DNA of 64,000 bases from the NCBI RefSeq assembly GCF_964213995.1, contig NC_135825.1, positions 12,524,001 through 12,588,000 on the forward strand. The letters are read 5' to 3'. Below, piece after piece: positions 1 to 12,300 of this stretch; within the stretch, counting starts at the first letter, position 1; the number at the start of each line of letters is the position of its first letter. The position numbers and the translations under genes are program-made. Under the pieces are notes generated by a model, which saw only the letters and a list, made by a program, of their open reading frames with translations, had not been told where the DNA came from and searched no databases. Source of the DNA: Mustelus asterias. Taxonomy: Eukaryota.

Positions 1-500
1 TACTCTTCAAGGGATCCACTTGATTCCAGCTGCCTGTGTATGTCATATGCCTCCTTCTTCTTCTTGACCAGGGCCTCATCCAGGGTTCCCTAATTCTACC
101 AGCCTTGTCCTTCACTCTAAGAAGAATGTGCTTACCCTGAATTCTGGTTAACACACTCTTGAAAGCTTCCCACTTACCAGGCATCCCTTTGCCTGCCTAC
201 AGACTCCCCCAATTAACTTCTGAAAGTTCCTGCCTGATACCATCATAATTGGCTTTGTCCCAATTTAGAATTTTAACTTTTGGGCTCGATCTATCATTCT
301 CCATAGCTATCTTATAACTAATGGAATTATGGTCACTGGTCCCAAAGTGATCCCCCAATAACACTTCTGTCACCTGTCCTTCCTTATTTCCCAAGAGGAG
401 TTCGGGTTTTGCCACCTCTCTAGTCAGGCCATCCACATACTGAATGAGAAATTCCTCCTGAATACACTCAATAAATTTATCTCCATCCAAGCTTATATCC
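1..500 (-). mobile_element. CR1 LINE fragment (endonuclease C-terminus/linker)
   Basis: FIECIQEEFLIQYV...GDHFGTSDHNSI...NWDKANYDGIRQELSEVNW. Confidence 0.85.
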
Positions 501-542
501 AAGGCTATGGCTGACACTCAACTTTATCCATATATATTCAGA

Positions 543-850
543 TGGCATGGTGGCACAGTGGTTAGTACTGCTGCCGCACAGTGCCAGAGACGTGGATTCA
601 ATCCCCGACTTGAGTCACTGTCTGTGTGTAGCCAGCACATTCTCCTCGTGTCTGCGTGGGTTTCCCTCAGGTGCTCCAGTTTCCTCCCACAGTCCGAAAG
701 ACGTGCTGGTTAGGTGCATTGGCCATGCTAAATTCTCCCTCCGTGTACCCGAACAGGTGCCGGAGTATGGAGACTAAGGGATTTTCACAGTAACTTCATT
801 GCAGTGTTAATGTAGCCTACTTATGACACTAATAAATAAACTTTAAACTT
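543..850 (+). mobile_element. tRNA-derived V-SINE/HE1-like SINE, tail type B (further copies: 7226-7525+, 9195-9480-, 10800-11107-, 17663-17965+, 21900-22186-, 29080-29225+, 39356-39665+, 50145-50283+, 57678-58330-)
   Basis: A box tggcacagtgg, B box gg(a/t)ttc(a/g)at.cc, core gtctgcgtgggtttcctccgggtgctccggtttcctcccacagtcc, tail cacagtaacttcattgcagtgttaatgtaagcctacttgtgac...aataaa(taaactt)n. Confidence 0.88.
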
Positions 851-2645
851 TTATTATCTTTTTCCATGTCAACTTTCTACATTTACTGCAACATGTCAGA
901 CACAGAACATCGGGAATTACAGATACAGGAGGGAATCTCATTCAAATAACTGTTCCATCTCCTGAATATGAAGAAAGTTGCAAAGAGTGTCTCCAATCCC
1001 AGTGTCATCGATATTAAACAGAACGTGATCTAATCACAGCTCCATTCAAAGAACAGGAAGCTGTTGAGAGAGAGTGAAGCAAGAATTCAAATTTCTCAGA
1101 TCCATTGAGGATCTGGGACAATTAAAGACACCAACAGATTCAGTTCCAGCCGGACACTGCAGAATGAGCGAGGAGAAATGGTAAGACCAATGGTTCCAGT
1201 GAATCAGGGTCAAGAAACAAATACAGAATCCGGGTTTGAATTCCAAACTCTATTGCTGACACTCGGACTCTGTTGACCTGACTGCAGAGGGTTCAGGTGC
1301 TTGTTGACAGAGCCAAGGGCAATGGATCCCCAAATGTGTCCAAGTGCTCCAGTGGAGTTTATCCAGCGTGTCAGGGACATTTCCCAGTACGGATCACTGC
1401 GATAATTCTCGCTGGTTCAGACTCCAGGTAATGTCTCCAGTGCCTCGATCTCCTCCCATGTCACAGAGTTGCTCTTCAGCCAGGAACTGGGGAAGCTACC
1501 TTCAGCAGAGTGGGTGGAGATACACAGGGCCAATGGCAGGGTATCAGCATGGCTGATACTCTCAATGCTCATAGAAATCATAGAAATCATAGAAACCCTA
1601 CAGTGCAGAAAGAGGCCATTCGGCCCATCGGGTCTGCACCAACCACAATCCCACCCAGGCCCTACCCCCATATCTCTACATATTTACCCGCTAATCCCTC
1701 TAACCTTCACATCTCAGGACACTGGGGGACAATTTTAATGTGGCCAATCAACCTAACCCGCACATCTTTGGACTGTGGGAGGAAACAGGAGCACCCGGAG
1801 GAAACCCACGCAGACACGAGGAGAATGTGGAAACTCCACACAGTGACCCAAGCTGGGAATCGAACCCAGGTCCCTGGAGCTGCGAAGCAGCAGTGCGAAC
1901 CACTGTGCTACCGTGCCGCTCTGAATTTTAGGCTTGACGTGGAAGTGTGATTAGCGGCCTGGAGGCGGGTGTGGTATCCACTGCAGTCCCTGTTCAACCC
2001 CCTGACCCCCATTCCATTCTGGCCGGCCAGTGGGAAACGTGTGGGGAATGTCTCACTATCACCTTGCACAGGTGGCAGCAGGGCATGTGCCAGGTCCAAT
2101 GGGGTTTCTGGGGGAGGGGGGATTTGAGAGTGGACAGGGAGCTCGCTGAGGGCTGCCAAGATGTGGTCAGAAGCCTCAGGGACCTGTACAGAGTCTGTCC
2201 ATGCCTGGAAGGATATTATCTATTGGAGCAGCAATGATGGCTTCAGGAGCTGCATCCCATGCCAGGCAGGGATACAATGCCCGTGGGCACTCTGCTCCCC
2301 AATTTACCAATCAATGCCAACGTGTTCTTATCGAGCCTGTTCTCCATTGTGAGAAGCAGCCAGAGTACATGCACTGTGACTTTGTAATGATGGTTGCAAC
2401 TCACATTTACTCTTCCTCCCTCAGAAGTGCCACCTTCACAACACCAGAGAGACTACAGGGTCCCTCCCTTGATGCCCGGGAAGGAGCTGCTCACAGATGC
2501 ATCTATGTCACATTCTCCCTCTGCACCAATCACCAGCGCAGTCACAGGCATGTCGCTGTGCATTCGTGGATGAGATCAGCTGGTGTTGCACAGTGGTGAG
2601 GGCACATCACACTCACCTGATGAGCTGGCAGAGGCAGAGAGAGAG

Positions 2646-2682
2646 GCACCTGAAGAAGGAGCGACACTCCGAAAGCTTGTGC
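2646..2682 (+). ncRNA. Minimal type I hammerhead ribozyme motif (Penelope terminal-repeat fragment)
   Basis: gcac-CTGAAGA-a-ggag(cgaca)ctcc-GAAA-gc-TT-gtgc. Confidence 0.6.
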
Positions 2683-4838
2683 GACCAAATAAACCTGTTG
2701 GACGTTAACCAGGTGTTGTGAGACTGCTTGCAGAGGCAGAGGGTCCAGTGGCAGCCCAAGGATTGCTGGAGACCAGGAAGTTGTTGAGTCCGAGGCAGAT
2801 GAGGAGCCTTTGAAGTCGTCCATCAGGTGGCAGCTGCTGGATTTCCAACAGGATGCACAAGAAGATCTGGAAAAGGTCCCTGAACATCTGTGTGCCATTG
2901 GGTGCGGCATGCGGAGTGTGAGCACTGCATTGACCCAGCACTCTGAACACAGCCGCTTCCATAGAGAGAGTGGCGACAGTCATGGACAGATATCTCCAGG
3001 AAGTTACTCAGAGGCTTGTGGTATTGTGTTCAGACCTGCAAGCCAGCACACTGGCCGTGACCTCAGCAGCTCACTGCGAATGAGAGCGATGCGTGAAAAA
3101 AAAGCTGTTGTTTTTAATACTTAGGGGGTTTTTGTATTGTTCTGTGAACTGGGCTTGTGGCTGTGTATCTCTATAAGTGACTGATTCACTTAAACTGGGA
3201 CTAGTAACCTGCAGGAAAAAGGATATCAAAGAAATCTGGGTGTGCAAGGAATGCACTTGGAGTAAATCTGGCCAAGCTGAATTTTCAGAAAGTAAATAAG
3301 ACATGGGTAGAAATTTGCATCAGGAGATAAAGAAGTTTTCTTGTGTTCAGTTGCCAAATTTCAAAGGGAAGTAAAAGGTTTTGCAATTTGGGAAATGTTC
3401 CTAATAAATAATGCAAAGTTATTCCATTTCATTTAACCCAAAAGTGATGTCATATGTGCTGAGAAATAGAGATTTTGAAGAAGTATAAGGGGAAATGTAA
3501 GCAGATAAAAGAGAAAACACGGGGGGGGGGGGGGGTGATTCTCCCATCTCGCTGCACTGCTCTGTAGTGCCCAGTGGGGAGGCCATTTTGGGGGCTTCTT
3601 GCTGGACACTACGGCCTCCGGGAGTCTCCATGCGCCAGATTTCCGGCACCGTCAGCTCTGCGCGATCTCTGGGGCGGAGCTGCATAATTTATTCAAATCA
3701 CCATTGAAATCCTATTTAAATATCATTAGTGGGATCGGGACTGAAGTCTCCGGGCCTGTTAGCCTCTTCCCCACCCACCAGCAGTGTTTCACCCCAACGG
3801 GGTTTATTATGCCCCCCCCCCCCCACCCCGCCACACCCCCTCCCACACACACTTGCGGGGATTTGGTGGCCCAACCTTTCTGGAATGAAGAGCGGTGGGG
3901 GGGGGGGTGTGGGGGTAATCAAGGCCCCCCAGAATGTGACAGTGGAATCTCCCACTCAGTCAAAGCCTGCACCAACTACACCGGCCAGAGCAAGGCTGCC
4001 AAGGTAATCAAGGTAGACAGGGCATCAGAGTCAGCCAGCTGCCTCCAACCCAGCTGCCAGCGATGGGGAACCACTGAGACATCGAGCTCACAAATGGAAA
4101 TGTAAGTCACTATGATCACCGTCACTACCCCTGGGTATGCCCTGTCCCACCAGCGGGCAGATCCAGCAGAGGCGGCAGTGGCACATTGGTACGCTTTTGG
4201 GAGGGAGTTTCCCTGGGAGTCCTCAACATCGGCTCCGCACCCCTTTAATTGTGACGATACTTTTCCACATTCTGCATCCACCAGCTGAACAAAATATTGC
4301 GAGATGGCGCGATTATGTCACCCTTCTCATGCCATTTCCGGGGTGATCAGGAGCGCCACACCCCCAACTCCAGAACGTAAAATTCAGGTCAATGTTTAAG
4401 CAATGTGTCATTCACCAGGATCACTCATCGCCATCGATGTCATGGGAAATACACGGCCCCATGTCACAGGACGTTGAGTCGTTGTATCCTCAATTTGGAA
4501 TTGAGTCCTCCTCCCAGTTACTCAATCACAGTTTCCTTTCACCCAGAGCCTTCTCTCTGTGCATTGAGATCCTTTCCTGACTGAATTCTGCCTCAGAACG
4601 TGTGTGTGGATAAATGGAGCAGGGGGTGTTCTTCTGCTGCACATCAAGGAGCTCAGATCTCCTCACCCTGACAGGATTGTTACTCTGTACGAATAACAAG
4701 ATTCACATTCAGCAAATCAAAACAAAATATTCATAAATCTCCATGTTCCATTAGTGAAATAACTCACATCAGGAAAAGAAATACTTGTTTCACTGAGGGC
4801 TTCATGATAATAACAATGGAGGAGGGCGTGTTCTCTCT

Positions 4839-5945
4839 CATAGAAACATAGAGACTAGAAGCAGGAGGAGGCCATTCAACCATTCGAGCTGACTCCCCCA
4901 TTCATTTTGATGATGGCTGATCATCAAATCCAATATCCTGATCCCCTCTTTCTCCCATATCCCTTGATCCCTTTCGCCCCAAGAGCTATATCTAATTTCT
5001 TCTTGAAATCAGACCACATTTTGGCCTCAACTACTTTCTATGGCAGTGAAGTCCACACATTCACCACCCTCCGGGTGAAGAAATTTCTCCTCACCTCAGT
5101 TCAAAAATGTTTACCTCTTAAACTCTGACCCCCGAATTCAGGTCTCCCCCACCATTGGGAACATTCTTGGTAAATCTATCCTTTCTAACCCTGTTAGAAA
5201 TTTTATAAATTTCTATGAGATCCTCTCTCACTCTTCCAAACTCCATTGAATATAATCCTAACCGACTGAGTCTCTCCTCATATGACAGAACTGCCATCTC
5301 AGGAATCAGCCGGGTAAACCTTCGCTGTACTCCCTCTATAGCAAGGACATCCTTCCTCAGAGAAGGACACCAAAACTGCGCACAATACTCCAGGTGCGGC
5401 CACACCAATACTCTGTAGAATTGCAGCAAAATATCCCTATCCCGATACTCAAATTCTCTGGCTATGAAGGTCAACATACCATTTATCTTCTTTCGTGCGT
5501 GCTGTAACTGTGTGCTTACTTTCAGTGACTGACACATGAGGTCTTGTTGCATATCCACATCTCTCAATTTACACCCATTCATCTGTCTTCATATTGCTAC
5601 CAATTGGATAACCTCACATTTATCCACATCATACTGCATCTGCCATGCAGATGCCCACACACTCATCTTGTCCAAATCACGCTGGAGCATCTCTCCATCC
5701 TCCTCACAGCTCACCCTCCCACCCAACTTTGTATCATCTGCACATTTGGAGATAATACATTCAGTTCCCTCTTCCAAATCATTAATATATAACGTGAACA
5801 GTTGGGGTCCCAGCACAGACCCCTGTGGAACCCCACTAGTCACTGACTGCCAATCAGAAAAAGGCCCATTCATGCCAACTCTTTGCTTCCTGTCTGTTAA
5901 CCAGCTTTCGATCCATCTCAGTACATTACCTGCAATCCCATGTGT
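4839..5945 (-). mobile_element. CR1 LINE 3' fragment
   Basis: SGVPQGSVLGPQLF, ADDTKLGG, PHLEYCAQFW. Short-repeat 3' tail near 4839. Confidence 0.92.
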
Positions 5946-6278
5946 TTAACATCGTAAAAATTGCGGAGATTGTCATCTCCACACACAGTCAATTATAAAA
6001 CGTGGCTTGGGTCAGTATTATTCATAGGCTCTGACTTTTTAACATATTTTTTCCAAATTTTACATTCTTTCAACAATAATTACTTTTGTTCTTCTGCTGT
6101 TCTTCAGGTTCTGAGGAGCCAGATTTTGTGAAGTGTCTGACTGCGGTTTCATGACCCGATTTCCTGCACTCTTCTTCCTCATTTAATTTTCTGATACAAT
6201 TCATTTTTGACACTCATTTCAGCGTGAGACACAGGAGCTGGGGGACTGACGACAAGCACTGATCTGATCTCCAACAAA

Positions 6279-6318
6279 ATGATGTGGATTTTGATTCTCC
6301 TCATTTGCTCTCTGCCCG
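6279..6318 (+). CDS. Gene 1 exon 1, signal peptide MMWILILLICSLP
   Basis: ATG, hydrophobic leader, phase-1 donor G|GTGAGT. Nearly identical to 40444-40480. Confidence 0.88.
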
Positions 6319-9300
6319 GTGAGTAACAGCCAGAGCTGGATAGTCAGATAATCAGTGTTAGTTTAACTCTCGTCCGCAGGTTATACAAATATATGAGAGA
6401 GAGAGAGAGAGATGTTTAAATATTTGGAGACCTGTAAAAGCACAAAAGGAAATTTTGTGTTGAGGTGGGTAGAGTCTCCGGGGAAGAGTCTCCGGGGCAG
6501 ATTCTCCGACCTCGCTCACAGCTGGGATTTTCCCATCCCACTGCAGCGAACGGAGATTTGTCTGAGCTTCTGATTCCCCGTCCTCTCTGGCAGCGGCGGT
6601 GGGACATGAACAGCCTGAGGATTCTGGCCTTCCGGCTCCTGCTGTTGATGGGAATGGAAGATGGGATGTCGCGATGCCAAACAGGTTAATGATCAACCTG
6701 CAATTTCTTCCAATACAGTGAAGGCAAGAGGGAGAGATACTCAAGCAGCCATGTCTTGATGTGGAGTGGTGTCCCTCATGCTGTAGTCTCTGGCTTCAGG
6801 CTATTGACCAGTTCTTGGAAGAACACGCTATTGGGAACAGACACACACATTTGCTGTGTCTGCTTCATCTTTCTGTAGATTTGGAAAGTCGTCTGCATTT
6901 AAAGGAGCAAATACTCAGCAAATATAAATTGCTAATATGTGTGAGATTTTGTGCAGTAACTCCTTGTGATTATATTATTGCACCATGGAAATAATTAGCA
7001 AATAAGCAAAACAGCAACATTCATTGTGAATGGGAATTTGAGGACAATTTAATTTTTCAAAATTTAGATGAGCCACATTTTTAAAATGAAAGGCCTTTTT
7101 TATTTTGTATTTATTTTTAATTTTTTAGAATTTTTAAAAATGTAATCTGATGTCCAATTTATACTGAAGGCTGCAGTATTAATAACCCCACAAATATGTC
7201 TCAGCTTTGTGAAAGTTTAAAATAGGGGCAGCACGATGGCACAGTGGTTCGCACAGCTGCCTCCCAGTACCAGGGACCCGGGTTTGATTCCGGGCTTGGG
7301 TGGCTGTGCGGAGTCCGTACGTTCTCCCCGTGTCTGCGTGGGTTTCCTCCGGGTGCTCCGATTTTCTCCCACAGTCCAAAAGACGTGCTGGTTAGGCGCA
7401 TTGGCCGCACTAAATTCTCCCTCAGTGTACCTGACCAGGCGTCAGAGTATCACGCCGAGGGGATTTTCATAGTAACTTCATTGCAGTGCTAATGTAAGCC
7501 TACTTGTGCCGAATAAGTAAACTTCAGAGTTGATGAGATATTATTTTACGAATCTCTGTCAGTGTCACTGTTCCTCACTGGTGGATGGTTGATCTATATT
7601 ACTTTTCCCATAAGAAACATTTTTTTTCTAATTGTTTAACTTTAAGTAACTGGATTTTGGTTAATCGTGCTGTCCATTTTAACATTCCAAGATTACGCTG
7701 CAGTGAGGTTTTGGTTAATGACCTCGGTGCCATTAATGATGAATATAATTTCAAACAAACACTGTTACACTCCCAGTCCCAGCTACACTCAGCCTCTCTG
7801 TTAACTCATCTCTAATCTTTCCCGTATCTTTTTTCTCATATTCTCATATTTTCCCTCGAGTACTTTAATTATTTTGGAACCTCCGTCCTGTCATTTATTG
7901 TAAACTCTTTCCTCGTGAGTTCCTCTCCCAGCAAGGCCATTGGTTTCATAACTCTTCAAGCCAAGACCCCCCATTACTTGGGGTGATCCTCTTCTACACC
8001 TGGGTCCAATGTGCCAGGAATCTGAACACTTTTCTCCATGAAGCATCCCTCCAGAAAATGATTCCTTTTGTTATCTAATTTTTTTCTTATCCAGGTGACA
8101 CTGGGAATAATCATGTGTTTATTCCCCTCCAGTTTAAAATTCAGCAAAGGAGGGCCAAGGGATTGATTCAGAAGGGGAAAATAGAATCATAAAATCCCTA
8201 CAGCGCAGGAGGAGGCCATTCGGCCCATTGAATCTGCAACGACCACAATCCCACCCAGGCACTCTTCCCGTAACCCCACATATTTACCCTGCTAATCCCC
8301 CTGACACGAGGGGCAATTTTGCATGGCCAATCAACCTAACCCGCATCTTTGGACTGTGGGAGGAAACTGGAGCATGCGGAGGAAACCCACGCAGGCATGG
8401 CAAGAATGTGCAAACTCCACACAGACATTGACCTGAAGCCGGAATTGAACCCGGGTCCCTGGCGCTGTGAGGCAGCAGTGCTAACCACTGTGCCACCGTG
8501 CTACCCCAAAGGCATTTTTTTTTTAACTCATTCGTGGGTCATGGGTGTCATTGTCCATCCCTTGTTGCCCTTGGAGGGCAGTTGAGAGTCAACCACATTG
8601 CTGTGGATCTGGAGTCACATATAGGCCAGACCGGGTAAGGAGGGCAGATTCCCTTCCCTTAAGGACATTAGTGAATCAGATGGGTTTGTCCGACAATCGA
8701 CAATGGTTTCATGGTCATCAGTAGATTCTTCATTCCAGATATTTTTTTTTATTGAATTTAAATTCCAACATCTGCCGTGGCAGGATTTGAACCGGGTCTC
8801 CAGATCATTGGCTGAGTTTCTGGATTAATTGTCTAGCGATAATACCACTGGGCCATCACCTGCCCTTAAGTATGAGTATGAAACTAAGCTGGCAGCGAAC
8901 ATAACTGACTGTAAAAGTTTCTATAAATATGTAAAGAGAAAAAGATTGAGAAAAACAAATGTAGGCCTCCAACACTCAGAAATGGGAAAGTTCATAACGG
9001 GGAACAAAGAAACGGCTGATGAATTAAATTTGTACTTTGCTTCAGTCTTCATAAAGGAAGATATGAATAAGGTAGCAGAAATACAGAGAGAAACATGCTT
9101 AAGTGAGGAGCTGAAGGAAATCAGCATTCATGTCTAACCCCCAACGCACCCCCTGGCAACACCCCTAAATTCTCAGGTCTAAACAAGGGTCTAAAAGTTA
9201 AAGTTTATTTATTAGTCACAAGTAAGACTTACATTAACACTGCAATGAAGTTACTGTGAAAGTCCCCTAATCGCCACACACCGGCACCTGTTCGGGTCAA

Positions 9301-12300
9301 TGCACCTAGCCAGCACGACTTTCAGAATGTGGGAGGAAACCAGAGCACCCGGAGGAAACCCACGCAGACACGGGGAGAACGTGCAAACTCCACACAGACA
9401 GTGACCCAAGCCAGGAATCGAACCCAGGTCCCTGGCGCTGTGAGGCAGCAATGCTAACCACTGTGCTACCGTGCCGCCCCATGTCTATTTCTGTGTGCAA
9501 AACCTTTTGATGAGTGAAACCCCACAGTGTGAGGCAGAACCCCAATTTCCAGCTCCCCTACACTCTCCCAGCTCCTACCTGTGAGTCAAGAAAATACCCC
9601 AAATGTTTCAAAAGTAAACCGTTAACTGTGAAACACTTTGGGACACTCTGAGATTGTGAAAAGTTTCTATTTAAATGATTACGTTAATCACAAACTGCAT
9701 GGAATTTAACTCATTGGAATGTCTGTGTTTGAATGAAGCAGTCATTTCCTGTTCAATTCCTGAAATGTTGTCTCCTCAGTTTCAGATGCATTGTGGGCAG
9801 AAACGAAAGGACCAGGAATTGTGGGAAGATCGATCACAGTAAATTGTCACTATGATGCATGGTGGTACAAGGCACATTTTAAATATTGGTGTCACGGCAC
9901 AACTCGCCAGTGTAAAGTTGTAGCAAAGACAAATTGGCAAAATGGAAGAATTTCAATCACAGATGACAAGTCACGAGGAGTATTTGTTGTCACTGTGAAG
10001 GATCTTCGCTCAGGAGATGCAGGATGGTACAGCTGTGGTATTGAAAAAGCTGGTTTGGATCCAATGTGTCCTGTCGAGCTTCAAGTATCTGACGGTACAT
10101 TTCTCAGTCATTATCTTTATTCATCTCGACTGAAATGTTTGATCCATGTTTTATCCGTGGGGAAACAGAGACAGCTCTTATATCCCGAGCAGTGCAGAGT
10201 CTGGCAGCTAGAGGGCAGCGGTCGGGGAAACTGACTTATGTTCCATAAATCCAATGTCGGGAGCTCGCATTCAGAAAAAAAGTAAAATTCAGACAAAACA
10301 ACAGTTTCATGGTCATCAGTAGATTCTATATCCCAGTTACTTTTTATTGAATTTGAATTCTGCCATCTGCCATGGCAGGATTCAAACCCAGGTCCCCAGA
10401 ACATTCACTGAGTTTCCAAATAGTCTCGCAATAATACCATTAGGCCATCTCCTCCCCTCCAAAGAATTTAACAAGATCCACAGGCTTCCTGATATAATGG
10501 GTGACTCAGGATATTGAGGTCAAACGAACAGAGTTCAACTTTACAAGTGAATTAACCTGGAGTTGTCATGTTGTTTGGATGGTAAAAGCAGCCTCTTTAT
10601 TAACTGTTGAGACATTGGCCTCGATTTTCATTCCGGAGGCAGGTCCGGAGAATTTGGAAAATTCCCAACTCAACCTGCCCGCCTCGGGAGAAACTGCCCA
10701 CAAATGACGGGATCATCATTGCTGCGGGGGCAGGGGTGGGGGGTGTTGGTTGTGGACTGGATACAGGCCAGCTGGCAGAGGAAGATATGCACAGAGAGTC
10801 AAAGTTTAAAGAAAGTTTATTTATCAGTCACAAGTAGGCTTACATTAACATTGCAATGAAGTTACTGTGAAAATCCCCTAGATGGCTACACTCCAGCACC
10901 TGTTCGGGTACACTGAGGGAGAATTTAGCATGGCCAATGCACGTAACCAGCATGTCTTTCAGACTATGGGAGGAAACCAGAGCACTCGGAGGAAATTCAT
11001 GCAGACACAGGGAGAACGTGCAAATTCCAGACAAACATTGACCCAAGCCGGGAATCGAACCCAGGTCCCTGGCACTGTGAGGCAGCAGTGCTAACCACTG
11101 TGCCACTCAGTCTGATGAAAGGCTGTTTAAAATGTCCGCCTCATGTCATAGGACTTTGTCCCAGGAAAAACCAAGGGCCCTCCAGCCATCATCCCTCATA
11201 GCCCACAAAAGATGTGGATGGACGGAAAGGGCTTGGCTGGAAGGGGTAGTGGGGGCATAGGGGTTGGGTGGAAGGGCAGAGCAGAGCTCTGACTGGGTGT
11301 GGGTAAAGGGGCATTTGCTTCATGAGATCACATGGAGGGTGGCAGAGCGGACGAGGAGGACCTTTGTTTTTAACTTCGCTTAACTTAAAACGACTTGGTA
11401 AAAATTCTGCTCATTATCCCGAGCAAACCTCCAGATCAGAGTCAAAATCATCGCTATTTCCACAGGGGTTTCTTGAGATTTGTTCATGGGTAATGTTTTG
11501 ATTTTAGGAGCCTCTATTTTGATTTTTGGGTGTTCATTTTTCATTCTCATTTACTCCTTTACTCAGTGATGGAATTGTCAGATTAGATTCTGTATTCACA
11601 TTCATTTTTAGGGTTTCTTCCTTGCGCGTGTGTTTGTCGACATAATTGAAACTTTCAATTTTAACTCTAAAGAAAAGATAATACCTGTTCATTTATTGTA
11701 AATAAATTTCCCATACTTGATTTCCAAACTGAAGATTCAAGATACTCGCCAGAGGTAACTGATTAGGAATGATTCTCAGATGTGCAGCTCCTGGACAGCG
11801 GGAAGGGAGGAGGTGAAAGTCATCATAAATCCTCATAAAATCCCTACAGTACAGAAGGAGGCCATTCAGCCCATCGAGTCTGTACCGACCACAATCCCGC
11901 CTCCTATCCCCTTAACCCATACATTTACCCTGCGAATCCCCCTGACACTCAGGTCAATTTAGCATGGCCAGTTAACCTAACCTGCGCATCTTTGGACCGT
12001 GGGAGGAAAACGTAGCACCCGGAGGAAACCCACGCAGATGCGGGGAGAATGTGCAAATTCCACACAGACAGTGGCCCAAGGCCAGAATCGAACCTGGGTC
12101 CCTGGCGCTGTGGGGCAGCAGTGCTAACCTGTGCAGGTGTTGTAACTCCTGCTCCTGAATGGGAAGGTGTTTCCTCCACATTGCTAAAATTAAACTCATT
12201 GTAGAAATATCTGTCTGCTGTGCGGTTTGACAGTGCGACAGACTGACTGACTGACATTCTATTTTCACTGTCCAAGATCAGTTTATGTTTCTGCTGTCTG

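Noticed and set aside
507-777. Many 60-110 aa ORFs such as MAQWLALLPHSARDPGSIP... and MDCGRKPEHPEETHAD...
   Set aside because: They are translations of SINE copies on either strand, not genes.
7226-7300. tRNA-like A/B boxes
   Set aside because: These are SINE heads that continue into SINE core and tail. No complete cloverleaf, so no tRNA genes were called.
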